NCBI GenBank assembly: GCA_046582655.1
Contig: JAYGDX010000417.1
Location: 1 to 49,520 of the forward strand
Reading direction: 5' to 3'
From: Candidatus Poribacteria bacterium
Lineage (GTDB): Bacteria; Poribacteria; WGA-4E; UBA9662
Length of the DNA stretch: 49,520 nt
The translations under genes and the position numbers were made by a program. The notes below the pieces were generated by a model that was given only the letters and a program-made list of their open reading frames with translations, was not told the DNA's origin and searched no databases. Below, in pieces: positions 29,348 to 39,022 of the stretch. Numbering within the stretch: position 1 is the first letter of the stretch; every line of letters begins with the position of its first letter.

Positions 29348-30259
29348 ATGGTTAAGATAGGGATAGTCGATTTTGACACATCACATGTCGTTGCATTTAC
29401 GCAACGTATAAACCACGTTGGTGTTGATTCGGATCAATGGGTCAATGGTGCGAAAGTTACCGTCGGATGTCCAGGCAAATCGCTATTATCACCGGAACGG
29501 ATTCCCGGTTTCACCCAACAGATGCAGGAATATGGAGTACCTCTTGTCGATACACCCGAGGAAATTATAGGACAAGTTGATGCTGTGATGATCGAGTCGG
29601 TTGACGGTAGCGTGCATTATGATCGAACACTACCGTTTTTGGAAGCGGGGATACCAGTATTCATCGACAAACCTTTGACCTGCTCACTTGAACACGCTAA
29701 GGCACTTGTGGATCTTGCTAGGAATAGGGGCATCCCAATCTTTTCATCCTCTTCTCTGCGATACGCTCTTGAAGTTACCAACATTCAGAAAGACCAAAAC
29801 GGGGTGGGACAAGTTGTCGGTGCGGAAGTATATACAACTGCTACACTTCATCCGAGGAATCCTGGCTTATTTCATTACGGCATCCACGGTGTTGAAATGC
29901 TCTATGCGCTGATGGGACCAGGATGTCAATCCGTGTGGGCAGCATCCAACGATGATACAGATGCTATCTCCGGCCTCTGGTATGATGGCCGAATAGGTAC
30001 TCTTCGGGGTATCCGAAAAGGGCAGAGTGGTTTTGGGTTTACCGCCTACTGCGAAAAGTCGATTGTTCGCACATCAATCAATGCAAACTTCATTTACCGA
30101 GAACTACTGAGAAAGATAGTCAAGATGTTTGAAACCGGCGAATCGCCGATTGATATTTCCGAAAGCGTCGAAATTGTCGCATTTATCGAAGCCGCAGCAA
30201 GATCCGCTAATAACCATGGATCGAAGACTGAGTTGGCATACACAGTTGAGGGAGAATAA
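29348..30259 (+). CDS. Gfo/Idh/MocA family oxidoreductase
   Basis: KIGIVDFDTSH, SVDGSVH, PVFIDKP, FSSSSLRY, YGIHGVE. Confidence 0.9.
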   Translation: MVKIGIVDFDTSHVVAFTQRINHVGVDSDQWVNGAKVTVGCPGKSLLSPERIPGFTQQMQEYGVPLVDTPEEIIGQVDAVMIESVDGSVHYDRTLPFLEAGIPVFIDKPLTCSLEHAKALVDLARNRGIPIFSSSSLRYALEVTNIQKDQNGVGQVVGAEVYTTATLHPRNPGLFHYGIHGVEMLYALMGPGCQSVWAASNDDTDAISGLWYDGRIGTLRGIRKGQSGFGFTAYCEKSIVRTSINANFIYRELLRKIVKMFETGESPIDISESVEIVAFIEAAARSANNHGSKTELAYTVEGE

Positions 30260-30264
30260 CAGAT

Positions 30265-30651
30265 TTGCATAGAGTTGAAGTGACAACCAAACCCAATGGC
30301 TCCGGTCGAACTTGGCTTGAGGTAGGAAACTTTGAGGTTGATGAATTCGGTCGCCAGAACTGGATAAAGAAAAACATCCCTCACCAAGAGCGAAACTTAA
30401 AAGTCGATCGTCGACATTCGGACCGGGGAGAAACTATTGACTGGATTTTGATGATCCCCGATGATTACGATTTGACACTTGTTAGAGTCAAATACGATCG
30501 GCTCAATCCGCGCGAACTGGAATTGCTGTGGACGCCAAATGAACAGAATCTTAATTACCAAGAAAAAATTAACCGCGCATATGAACTTGCGAGAGAAAAT
30601 GATGAGCTAATTAGTCTCCTCACAGATCTACTCCCGCCACCACAACCGTAA
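30265..30651 (+). CDS. Hypothetical protein (128 aa)
   Basis: TTG start 5 nt after the upstream stop, with GAGGGAG RBS. Confidence 0.65.
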   Translation: MHRVEVTTKPNGSGRTWLEVGNFEVDEFGRQNWIKKNIPHQERNLKVDRRHSDRGETIDWILMIPDDYDLTLVRVKYDRLNPRELELLWTPNEQNLNYQEKINRAYELARENDELISLLTDLLPPPQP

Positions 30652-31303
30652 ACTCACCACGCGGCGGTTGATCGGTGAATTTATCAATTGCTTCGCTTAC
30701 TGTCCCATAAAAAATCTCTTCAAACTTTTTTGTCAATTCACGAGCAATGCAGATTCGCCGATCTCCCAATATTTCGAGCACATCAACTAAAAACTTGACC
30801 AAACGGTGAGGGGACTCGTAAAATATTATTGTTCGTTCGTCTTGGCTTAATTCAATAAGCTTTCTTCTTCTCTTACCAGACTTGGGCGATAAAAACCCTT
30901 CGAAAGCGAAATTATGTAACGGCATGCCTGAAACTGAAGCGGCAGACATACAGGCCGTTACTCCCGGAATCGGTACAATTATAATTTCTGCTTTGATTGC
31001 TCCCACAACAAGAAGGTAACCCGGATCTGAAATTGTCGGGGTGCCAGCATCCGATACTAAAGCGATTGATTTTCCCGATCTTAATTGGTCAATCAACCCC
31101 TCTAACTTCGCGCGTTCGTTACCCTGAAAAAAACTGACAACCGATGTTTCAATGTTGTAATGTGTAAGCAATTGGCGCGTACGTCGCGTGTCTTCCGCTG
31201 CGATAAGACCGACCTCACCCAGTATACGTAAAGCTCGAAGGGTAATATCTTCAAGATTACCAATTGGTGTACTGACAAGATAAAGTGTCCCGTTCGTTTG
31301 CAT
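30620..31303 (-). CDS. rsmI: 16S rRNA (cytidine1402-2'-O)-methyltransferase
   Basis: LYLVSTPIGNLEDITLRA, AEDTR, SDAGTP.ISDPG, YESPHR, RELTKKFEE. Confidence 0.96.
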   Translation of the reverse strand: MQTNGTLYLVSTPIGNLEDITLRALRILGEVGLIAAEDTRRTRQLLTHYNIETSVVSFFQGNERAKLEGLIDQLRSGKSIALVSDAGTPTISDPGYLLVVGAIKAEIIIVPIPGVTACMSAASVSGMPLHNFAFEGFLSPKSGKRRRKLIELSQDERTIIFYESPHRLVKFLVDVLEILGDRRICIARELTKKFEEIFYGTVSEAIDKFTDQPPRGEFTVVVAGVDL

Positions 31304-31340
31304 TTTTTTCGTTTTTTTAATTTCTAAAGCTCACATTTTT

Positions 31341-32402
31341 ATGTTTGATGATAACCCCATAATTAAGAAGATTGCCATATTCTTCGGCGTTAGTGTCGAT
31401 TGCCTTCACACTTCACCAATTCGAGATTTATCAGAAAATAACGTTTGGAAAATAGAAATAGGCCAAAACACTTTTGCCTTAAAGCAACACTTTATACACA
31501 CCCCAATTGGTGAATGTAAATTTACTCCTTTTGAAATTGAGTCAAAGATTCTCAAGGTTCTCAAATCCACAGGTTGTAGCGTACCAAAAATCATTTGGCA
31601 ATCAGAGAAAGATCAATCACTACTGATTGAATGGTGTGGCAACCAAACGTTAGACGACATGATCCAAAAAAGCAGGATTAACTGGAAAGCAACCGTCAGC
31701 CATGCCATCTTGCAGTTCTATTATATCGAGAAAGCGTTTCAGAAATCCCAAGACGATCTAACACCATACGTCTTCCCTGTCGACCAAGATCAACAACTAC
31801 AGGGAATTTTGGGACAATGCCGAAAAATAGTTTCCTACATCGTCCAATCCAGCGAGCGGGTACAACGTACAAATCATCAAAAAAGGATAGATCTATGCTG
31901 GAACAATATATCAAACTATTTATTTTCAACACAAAAAAGTTTAGGAAGCTTAGACCACAACACACACAATATCCTGATTAACCAGCAAAAAACATTTTTT
32001 ATCGATTTCGCAAGCATTGGCTGGAACTGGCAAGCCAAACGTTTGGTACAATCATTCAATAGTCTGGGAGCTAACCAACCCGGGGGCAATTTTGTTAGTC
32101 TGATCAATCAAGAGATCATCGAAGCATGCATGGAAATCTCCGGTCAAAAACAGGCGAATGCTGACATAGATCTGCATAACCTACTTTTTTACCTTAGCAT
32201 AATCCATAGAATTTTGCGGGCCACCTCTCGACCTAATCACCCAGATAGCGTTAGGCTTCGTAAAGCTTGGGGTAATCTAAAGACGAGACTAGACCGGGCC
32301 ATTAATATAATCATTAAATCAAATCTAAGCAACTATGCTGAAGCAAACACAATACGACAAATCATCGCTGACTGCTGGCTAACCAAAAACACTCAGGAGT
32401 AG
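31341..32402 (+). CDS. Aminoglycoside phosphotransferase/choline kinase-like protein
   Basis: FALK, VPKII, LDHNTHNIL (Brenner-like D...N) and FIDF motifs. Confidence 0.7.
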   Translation: MFDDNPIIKKIAIFFGVSVDCLHTSPIRDLSENNVWKIEIGQNTFALKQHFIHTPIGECKFTPFEIESKILKVLKSTGCSVPKIIWQSEKDQSLLIEWCGNQTLDDMIQKSRINWKATVSHAILQFYYIEKAFQKSQDDLTPYVFPVDQDQQLQGILGQCRKIVSYIVQSSERVQRTNHQKRIDLCWNNISNYLFSTQKSLGSLDHNTHNILINQQKTFFIDFASIGWNWQAKRLVQSFNSLGANQPGGNFVSLINQEIIEACMEISGQKQANADIDLHNLLFYLSIIHRILRATSRPNHPDSVRLRKAWGNLKTRLDRAINIIIKSNLSNYAEANTIRQIIADCWLTKNTQE

Positions 32403-32479
32403 CTGAAACGTTTTCTACACCATCCTCAATTCCACTTAAATATCACCATCATGACATCACTGTCAGTTGAGACAGGAAC

Positions 32480-32776
32480 TTAATCAATTTCAGTTTCTGG
32501 CGGCGATCCATTGATTTTCGTTTGAATCCCTCTCACCTCTTCGCACAGAAGAATGCCGGAATGAATTAATATGCCCATGATGAAAATTATGGGTAAAAAT
32601 TCATCTGTCTCTTTGGCAACATATTCCATTTTGCTGTATTCAGGCGGGATAGAGCTATCACCTTCCCAAGCTTTCATAACAGGCGGAACAAAAATAACTA
32701 ACAATGCAAATATCAGTAGAAAGTTGGCGATTTTAAGGCGTTTCTGAATTTGTTCTGTTGTCTGTTTCATAGACAT
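32480..32776 (-). CDS. Small membrane protein (2 TM)
   Basis: Two hydrophobic segments; AGAGAG upstream. Confidence 0.7.
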   Translation of the reverse strand: MSMKQTTEQIQKRLKIANFLLIFALLVIFVPPVMKAWEGDSSIPPEYSKMEYVAKETDEFLPIIFIMGILIHSGILLCEEVRGIQTKINGSPPETEID

Positions 32777-32953
32777 ATTTGTTTTCTCTCTAACATGCGA
32801 ATCATAAGCAAACCCACATCAATAAGATTTGTGGGTTAAAACGTTTCAAATGTTAACCCGTTACGAATTATCACATTTAGGATCAAAAGGTCTAAACCAT
32901 TTTTATATTTTGATCTGTAGGAATGCACACTGCTGTCAAGCAAGAACTAAACC

Positions 32954-32982
32954 TTGACATCCAATTCACTATTTGCTAAGAT
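32954..32982 (+). promoter_or_regulatory. Strong sigma70 promoter of the ileS leader
   Basis: TTGACA-N17-TAAGAT with extended -10 TG. Confidence 0.75.
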
Positions 32983-33040
32983 TCCCTTCTTGGGAGAATG
33001 GGTCCAAAGTCACTGGAATGCTCGCACAATTGCAGCAATA

Positions 33041-33156
33041 ATGTCCTCTGTCTTAAATTACAATAATTTCGATTATAATTCCGATTGATGGTGGGCAAGA
33101 GGTTTAAGTAAATTCCGGAAAAGCCCATCATCGTAATGCCGATGATGGGCTTTTTT
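33041..33156 (+). promoter_or_regulatory. Putative Ile-sensing transcription attenuator (Ile-rich leader frame, antiterminator, terminator)
   Basis: Frame 33057-33107 reads ITIISIIIPIDGGQEV*. GATGGTGGGC (33087-33096) is complementary to the terminator 5' arm (33123-33132). Confidence 0.65.
33123..33156 (+). terminator. Intrinsic terminator inside the ileS 5' leader
   Basis: Perfect 11-bp stem GCCCATCATCG / CGATGATGGGC, 6-nt loop, then TTTTTT; 18 nt before ileS. Confidence 0.9.
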
Positions 33157-33174
33157 GTGCATTGAAGCAGGAGT

Positions 33175-36100
33175 ATGAAACTTATGTTTAAGGAAGTATC
33201 GACAAAACTTCACTTTCCAAAAATTGAGGAAGAAATTCTAGAGTTTTGGCAAGCTGAAGATATCTTTCAGAAAAGTGTTAGAAACCGATCACTTGATCCA
33301 CCATTCGTTTTCCTTGAAGGCCCACCTTTTGCTAATGCCCCTCCTGGAGTACATCATGTCCTCGCACGTGTTATGAAGGACGCTATCTGTCGATATAAGA
33401 CAATGACAGGACATTATGTGCAGCGGAAAGCAGGTTGGGACACACATGGTCTACCTATCGAGTATCAGGTCGAGAAACAACTCAACATAAAAAACAAACA
33501 GGAACTTGAAGCCTATGGTGTGAAAAATTTCATCGAGAAATGCAAAGAAAATGTCTTTCAGTATGAGCAAGATTGGCGGAAGATGACAGAGAGAATTGGT
33601 TTCTGGGTCGATCTAGATGATCCATATATTACGCTATCAAATAACTATATTGAAAGTGTTTGGTGGGTTTTGAAACAGGCATGGGAAAAAGACTTGCTAT
33701 ACCAAGGTTATAAAGTCCAGCCCTACTGCCCTCGTTGCGGCACGACACTGGCAAATCACGAGGTTTCCCAAGGATACCAAGTTGTCACCGACCCGTCGAT
33801 CTACATCAAGTTTCCAGTCAAAAATCTTGTCAATACATTTCTACTCGTTTGGACAACAACACCTTGGACGCTACCATCAAATGTAGCAATTGTTGTTGGT
33901 GAAGATTATGATTATGTTTCTGTTGAATACCAGGGACAAGACCTTATTCTTGCCAAGGCCCTAGTCAGTAATGTCTTTGGTGAAAAAGAACAAGTGAAGA
34001 TTAAGAAGGTCTTTAAAGGGAAAGAAATCTTGGATTGGGAGTATGAACCGCTGTTTAATTTTGCTACCCCTAAAGAAAAAGCCTATTACGTCATCGGTGG
34101 CGATTTTGTGACTCTTACAGATGGCACCGGTCTTGTCCATACTGCCCCTGCATTCGGTCAGGATGACTATGAGATGTTGCTAAAGTATGAACTGCCTTTT
34201 GTGCAACTAGTTGACACTGCTGGGAATTTTGTGGACGCGGTTCAACCATGGGCAGGCGAATTCGTGAAAAACGCAGATCCCAAGATCATCGAGGACTTGA
34301 TAGATAGGGGATTGATACTGAAAACAACCGAGTATGAACACGAGTACCCATTTTGTTGGCGCTGTGACACACCGCTATTGTACTATGCCCGCAAATCGTG
34401 GTTTATTCGAACCACCAGCATTCGGAACCAAATGCTTAAGCACAACCAGGAAATCAACTGGTACCCAGAACATATCAAGGATGGTCGTTTCGGAAGATGG
34501 CTTGAAAACAACATCGATTGGGGACTGAGCCGAGAAAGATACTGGGGAACTCCACTACCCGTGTGGGAATGTGAGGATTGCGGCCATCATCATGTTGTCG
34601 GCTCGATTCAAGAACTTAAAGAACACGGTTATGATGTGCCGGACGATATAGAACTTCATCGTCCATATATTGACGAAATTATTTTGGCTTGCCAAGAGTG
34701 CGGTGGCAAAATGTCCCGCTTCGAAGATGTAATTGATTGTTGGTTTGATTCGGGAGTTGCCCACACTGCCCAATGGCACTACCCTTTTGAAAACCAAGAT
34801 ATATTTGAGAAAAATTATCCTCCAGATTTCATCTCGGAAGCCATAGACCAAACGCGCGGCTGGTTCTATAGCTTGTTGGTGACAGGTACCCTCCTCTACG
34901 ATAAACCTGCCTACAAGAACTGCTTGTGTCTTGAACTGATTACTGGCGCAGACGGCCAAAAGATGAGTAAAAGTCGCGGCAATACTATTGATCCATGGGA
35001 GATTCTCGACAAACAAGGTGCCGACGCCATGCGATGGTACCTTTACACATCTTGCCCGCCATGGACACCCCGCGCTTTCACAGTTGAGGCAATTGATGAA
35101 GCACTGAAGAAATTTATGGGGACTCTCTACAATGTTTACGGGTTCTTCGTGATGTACGCAAACCTTGATCGAATTGATTTCTCCAATATACCAGATCTCT
35201 CCAATAGGTCAATGATGGATCGATGGTTAATATCGAAGTTGCATTTAACTATCCAACGAGTTCAAAACGAAATGGAAAATTACCATATTACCAACGCCAC
35301 ACGTGCTGTTGCTGAATTTGTTGATGATTTAAGCAACTGGTATGTGAGACGATCCCGCGATCGATTCTGGGGAGCGGAAATCGGATTAGATAAACAATCA
35401 GCTTATGTCACACTATATCAGGCATTGGTAGGTGTGGCGAAATTGCTGGCGCCGTTTACTCCATTTATCGCTGACTCGATCTACAGAAACCTGGTTTGTT
35501 CCATTGATCTAAATGCCACAGAGAGTGTCCACTTAACTGATTTCCCTGCCTTGGATGAGCAACTGATAGATGAGCAACTTGAAAAAGATATGGCGACTGT
35601 TCGTGATATCGTTGCCTGGGGACGGGCTTTGCGAAATCAAACTGGGATCAAAATCCGCCAACCGTTATCGTCCCTCACAATTGATAATAGCAAGGAAGAA
35701 CCTGTTAATCGTTTAAAAGATCTTGTCTTGGAGGAACTGAATATAAAAGAAATCCACTTTATTGGTCAAGATAAGAGTCGATTTTACAGTTATGAAGGCA
35801 AAATCGACTTCAAAATTCTTGGTCAAAAGTATGGAAAATCTGTTCAAGCAATCGCTAAGGCTGTTGCTAAAGTTGATGGTGACACTCTGATGCAGAGCAT
35901 GAAGGCAAACGGAAACGTCAACATTGAGGTTGGCAACCAATCATTTACGCTTAAGGAAGGAGAGATCCATTGGAACAGCAAGACACGTGACGGCCATGCA
36001 GTTGATTGGGATAACAAGAAATTCATTGCCTTAAACACTGAACTGACAGAAGATCTGGTTCTAGAAGGATTCGCGCGCGAGATTGTAAATAAAATTCAGC

Positions 36101-36315
36101 AAGCTCGAAAGGAAGCGAACTTTAATGTCTCGGATCGCATCAGAATCAGTATCGAATCGACTGAGATTGTTCACCAGGCTTTCGACCAACACTATAATTA
36201 CATCATTACCGAAACCTTAACCAAGGAGATCGTTACTGTTCCAAACCCAAAAGCTTTCATCAAATCACAAAAAATTAACGGTCAAGACGCGACCATCAGC
36301 CTTGAACAGATATGA
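33175..36315 (+). CDS. ileS: Isoleucine--tRNA ligase, type 2 (IleRS2)
   Basis: EGPPFAN, GWDTHGLP, WTTTPWTLPSN, GTGLVHTAPAFG, CWRC, SRERYWGTPLP, DCWFDSG, DQTRGWFY, KMSKS, SNWYVRRSR; C-terminus of type-2 character with no terminal zinc finger. Start may be ATG 33184 from RBS spacing. Confidence 0.97.
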   Translation: MKLMFKEVSTKLHFPKIEEEILEFWQAEDIFQKSVRNRSLDPPFVFLEGPPFANAPPGVHHVLARVMKDAICRYKTMTGHYVQRKAGWDTHGLPIEYQVEKQLNIKNKQELEAYGVKNFIEKCKENVFQYEQDWRKMTERIGFWVDLDDPYITLSNNYIESVWWVLKQAWEKDLLYQGYKVQPYCPRCGTTLANHEVSQGYQVVTDPSIYIKFPVKNLVNTFLLVWTTTPWTLPSNVAIVVGEDYDYVSVEYQGQDLILAKALVSNVFGEKEQVKIKKVFKGKEILDWEYEPLFNFATPKEKAYYVIGGDFVTLTDGTGLVHTAPAFGQDDYEMLLKYELPFVQLVDTAGNFVDAVQPWAGEFVKNADPKIIEDLIDRGLILKTTEYEHEYPFCWRCDTPLLYYARKSWFIRTTSIRNQMLKHNQEINWYPEHIKDGRFGRWLENNIDWGLSRERYWGTPLPVWECEDCGHHHVVGSIQELKEHGYDVPDDIELHRPYIDEIILACQECGGKMSRFEDVIDCWFDSGVAHTAQWHYPFENQDIFEKNYPPDFISEAIDQTRGWFYSLLVTGTLLYDKPAYKNCLCLELITGADGQKMSKSRGNTIDPWEILDKQGADAMRWYLYTSCPPWTPRAFTVEAIDEALKKFMGTLYNVYGFFVMYANLDRIDFSNIPDLSNRSMMDRWLISKLHLTIQRVQNEMENYHITNATRAVAEFVDDLSNWYVRRSRDRFWGAEIGLDKQSAYVTLYQALVGVAKLLAPFTPFIADSIYRNLVCSIDLNATESVHLTDFPALDEQLIDEQLEKDMATVRDIVAWGRALRNQTGIKIRQPLSSLTIDNSKEEPVNRLKDLVLEELNIKEIHFIGQDKSRFYSYEGKIDFKILGQKYGKSVQAIAKAVAKVDGDTLMQSMKANGNVNIEVGNQSFTLKEGEIHWNSKTRDGHAVDWDNKKFIALNTELTEDLVLEGFAREIVNKIQQARKEANFNVSDRIRISIESTEIVHQAFDQHYNYIITETLTKEIVTVPNPKAFIKSQKINGQDATISLEQI

Positions 36316-36365
36316 ACAGATGTTGATCAAGTTGACTTGCATCCAAACATGGAGAAATAATTAGT

Positions 36366-36394
36366 TTGACGGATTAATCGTTTTCTTGTAACCT
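36366..36394 (+). promoter_or_regulatory. Putative sigma70 promoter of the Rieske protein gene
   Basis: TTGACG-N17-TAACCT. Confidence 0.5.
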
Positions 36395-36481
36395 GTGATT
36401 ATTTCTCACCCCAAATTTTTATTTAGTCAAATTTCCTGAGATAATCGTCGTTCTAACTGCCACAAAAAAGGGAGCAAAACA

Positions 36482-38326
36482 ATGAGCCAAACATCCTCTG
36501 AATCGCAAACGACTTCGGCTGGTACGATTCAAATCGCTGATATCCCGGTACCTGAATTTGACGAGAGTAAACTAGTTTACCATCAACTATGTCAAACCGA
36601 TACTTTTGAGGAAGGAAAAGGAAAACCTTTTCATGTGGATGGAACCCATCTGGCTGTTTTTCGTTATGGAAATCAGTACTATGCTGTAGACAACCGCTGT
36701 CCTCATATGGGATATCCGATGTCTGAAGGAAGTGTTCGAGATGGAGTTCTTATTTGTCACTGGCACCACTGGGAGTTTGATCTCAAAACAGGTGGGTGCT
36801 TTCTTACCTTCGGCGATGATCTAAAGGCTTTCCCAGTAGAACTTCGTGATGATGGATATTTGTACGTCGGCATAAATCGAGGAGAAAGAGAAGCGGCTAA
36901 ACGACGTGTGATAGATCGCGGCAAACGTGCGCTAATCCAAGGGTTGAAAGACAGTAGTTCATTCCTGATTGCCAAAGCGATAGCAGCACTTAATGATGCC
37001 AAGGCAGATCCAAAAGAGATTATTCAGCAAGGACTCTACTACGGAACCAACAAAACAGGCGATGGGTGGTCATCAGGTGCAGCAATTCTGACTATCGCTG
37101 CCAACATGTGGGACGATGTAGATCCGAAAGATCATAATCTGTTTCTGGTCCACGCCTTAACACAAATTGGTCGTCGTACCTCTGGTAGTTCACGTCGACA
37201 ACGCTTCCCATTTCCTAGAAGCAAAGAAGAACACGATTTGAAAACACTCAAACGTTGGTTTCGTCATTATGTTGATCTCCGGGATGGGGGAGCAGCAGAA
37301 CGAATTTTGATTACCCTTCATGACCGGGGGTATTCGAGGGAAGTCATTGCCGATTTTGTCTTCACAGCAGCAACAGATTTCTATTTTACCGGCGATGGAC
37401 ACGCACTCGATTTTGCCAATAAGATGTTTGAAGGACTTGATTACGTAGATTGGGAAGGGGCACACGAGATTTTGCGACCGATTGTTATCGATCTGGTTGT
37501 CAGAACACGGCATGAAGAAACTTCCCGGTGGGCAGATAGTATTCCGGTTCTAGAAGACATTTTCTCTCGTCTGGATAAAATCTGGGAACTTAATCAATCC
37601 AATCAAGCCTCTCTTGACATTTCAGAGTTCGCTCAAACCATGCTTGGTGATTCATTTGAGCCGATCGTGGCAGAAATTGAAGAGAAACTATGTCAAGGAG
37701 TAAGGCCAACAGACATTTGTCGGGCAATGACTTATGCTTCGGCTATTCGAACGGTACGTTTTCATCTCAAAAATGAAGGGGATTGGCATGATGTGGCTAA
37801 TATATACTCTTATGCACACAGTCTCTATCGCGCGTTCCATCTAGCACCAAGCAAAGAATTGATGCGCGGTCTTTTTCATGGTGCGGTGTTCCTAACCTAT
37901 CTTCGTTGGCTGAATATGCCAGCGGCACGAATCCCGAAACTGGAACAGCGCCTCGATGAGACATTCGATTCTGCAAAGAAAATGTTAGATAGGCTACAAG
38001 AATTTGCCGACTTCCAAAAAGTCTTCGAAGCAGAGATTCTCGTCAACCAGTATTTTGAGGAAGGTCATGACATTACTCAACTCAAACACACTATCGCTCA
38101 CATCATGCTTCGTGAAGATGCAGAACTTCACATGTTCCAAGTACTTGAAGTCGCGTTCCGACACTTTGATCTATCAACCAACGTTGAGGAGAAGCGAATA
38201 CACCTACTGGCCGCAACCCGGTATATCGCTGCCCAAAAACTGATGAAAGGCATTCTCTGGTCTACTGAGAATGCGGAACGGCTCCAGCGTGGCGAGTTGC
38301 TAAGTGAACGTGAAGATGATAATTAA
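36482..38326 (+). CDS. Rieske [2Fe-2S] domain protein with long helical C-terminal region
   Basis: CPHMG...CHWH Rieske ligands; the remainder is not a ring-hydroxylating oxygenase domain I recognise. Confidence 0.88.
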   Translation: MSQTSSESQTTSAGTIQIADIPVPEFDESKLVYHQLCQTDTFEEGKGKPFHVDGTHLAVFRYGNQYYAVDNRCPHMGYPMSEGSVRDGVLICHWHHWEFDLKTGGCFLTFGDDLKAFPVELRDDGYLYVGINRGEREAAKRRVIDRGKRALIQGLKDSSSFLIAKAIAALNDAKADPKEIIQQGLYYGTNKTGDGWSSGAAILTIAANMWDDVDPKDHNLFLVHALTQIGRRTSGSSRRQRFPFPRSKEEHDLKTLKRWFRHYVDLRDGGAAERILITLHDRGYSREVIADFVFTAATDFYFTGDGHALDFANKMFEGLDYVDWEGAHEILRPIVIDLVVRTRHEETSRWADSIPVLEDIFSRLDKIWELNQSNQASLDISEFAQTMLGDSFEPIVAEIEEKLCQGVRPTDICRAMTYASAIRTVRFHLKNEGDWHDVANIYSYAHSLYRAFHLAPSKELMRGLFHGAVFLTYLRWLNMPAARIPKLEQRLDETFDSAKKMLDRLQEFADFQKVFEAEILVNQYFEEGHDITQLKHTIAHIMLREDAELHMFQVLEVAFRHFDLSTNVEEKRIHLLAATRYIAAQKLMKGILWSTENAERLQRGELLSEREDDN

Positions 38327-38330
38327 TTAA

Positions 38331-38361
38331 GTGAGAATTATCAATCACTGATTATTCTCAC
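38331..38361. terminator. Hairpin between convergent genes (likely bidirectional terminator)
   Basis: GTGAGAAT-t-ATCA / TGAT-t-ATTCTCAC stem. Confidence 0.55.
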
Positions 38362-38363
38362 CT

Positions 38364-38969
38364 TTAAATTAGGCCTGCTGATTCAAGATAACCTATGACT
38401 TTTCGTACCGAATCTTCCAAGTTAAGCATGGAGGTATCAACAGTGATTTCTGGCTTCTCTGGTGCTTCGTAAGGCGCATCAATTCCAGTAAACCCCTTAA
38501 TTTCACCCGATCTTGCTTTTTTATATAACCCTTTTGGATCTCGCTTTTCGCACTCTTCGATCGGACAATCAACGTACACCTCAATGAACCCCCCATCTTC
38601 AAGTAAATTCCTAACTTTGTCTCGATCTGCTCGGTAAGGTGATATAAAGGCTGTTGCTATGATAACACCTGCATCAGCAAAGAGATTAGCGACTTCACCA
38701 ATCCGACGAATATTTTCTTCTCGATCTTCCGGGGAGAATCCTAAATTCTTGTTGAGACCATGCCGGATATTATCTCCGTCTAGAACATACGTTAGATGCT
38801 GATTTTGGTGTAATGCGCTTGCAACTTCGTTAGCCAGAGTTGATTTCCCTGATCCAGAAAGTCCAGTAAACCAAATGACACAACCTTTTTGGTTAAGCAG
38901 TTGTTCTCTTGCTACGCAATCGATTGTGGCCTGATGCCACGTAATGTTTGCAGATTTGCTTTCTGCCAT
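38364..38969 (-). CDS. cysC: Adenylyl-sulfate kinase
   Basis: [43 protein letters not shown]; start placed at MAESK. Confidence 0.97.
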   Translation of the reverse strand: MAESKSANITWHQATIDCVAREQLLNQKGCVIWFTGLSGSGKSTLANEVASALHQNQHLTYVLDGDNIRHGLNKNLGFSPEDREENIRRIGEVANLFADAGVIIATAFISPYRADRDKVRNLLEDGGFIEVYVDCPIEECEKRDPKGLYKKARSGEIKGFTGIDAPYEAPEKPEITVDTSMLNLEDSVRKVIGYLESAGLI

Positions 38970-39000
38970 TGCTCGTACCCCCCTAAATCTCAAGTAGAAG

Positions 39001-39022
39001 GCACAAGTGTATACTATTGTGC
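39001..39022. promoter_or_regulatory. 22-bp imperfect palindrome (candidate operator) between divergent cysC and larA
   Basis: GCACAAgtGTATACtaTTGTGC; 18 of 22 positions symmetric. Confidence 0.5.

Noticed and set aside
32989..33156. T-box riboswitch upstream of ileS
   Set aside because: No GGTGGNACC T-box sequence and no recognisable stem I AG/GNUG motifs by eye; the Ile-codon run fits a leader-peptide mechanism better. An Rfam scan is still advisable.
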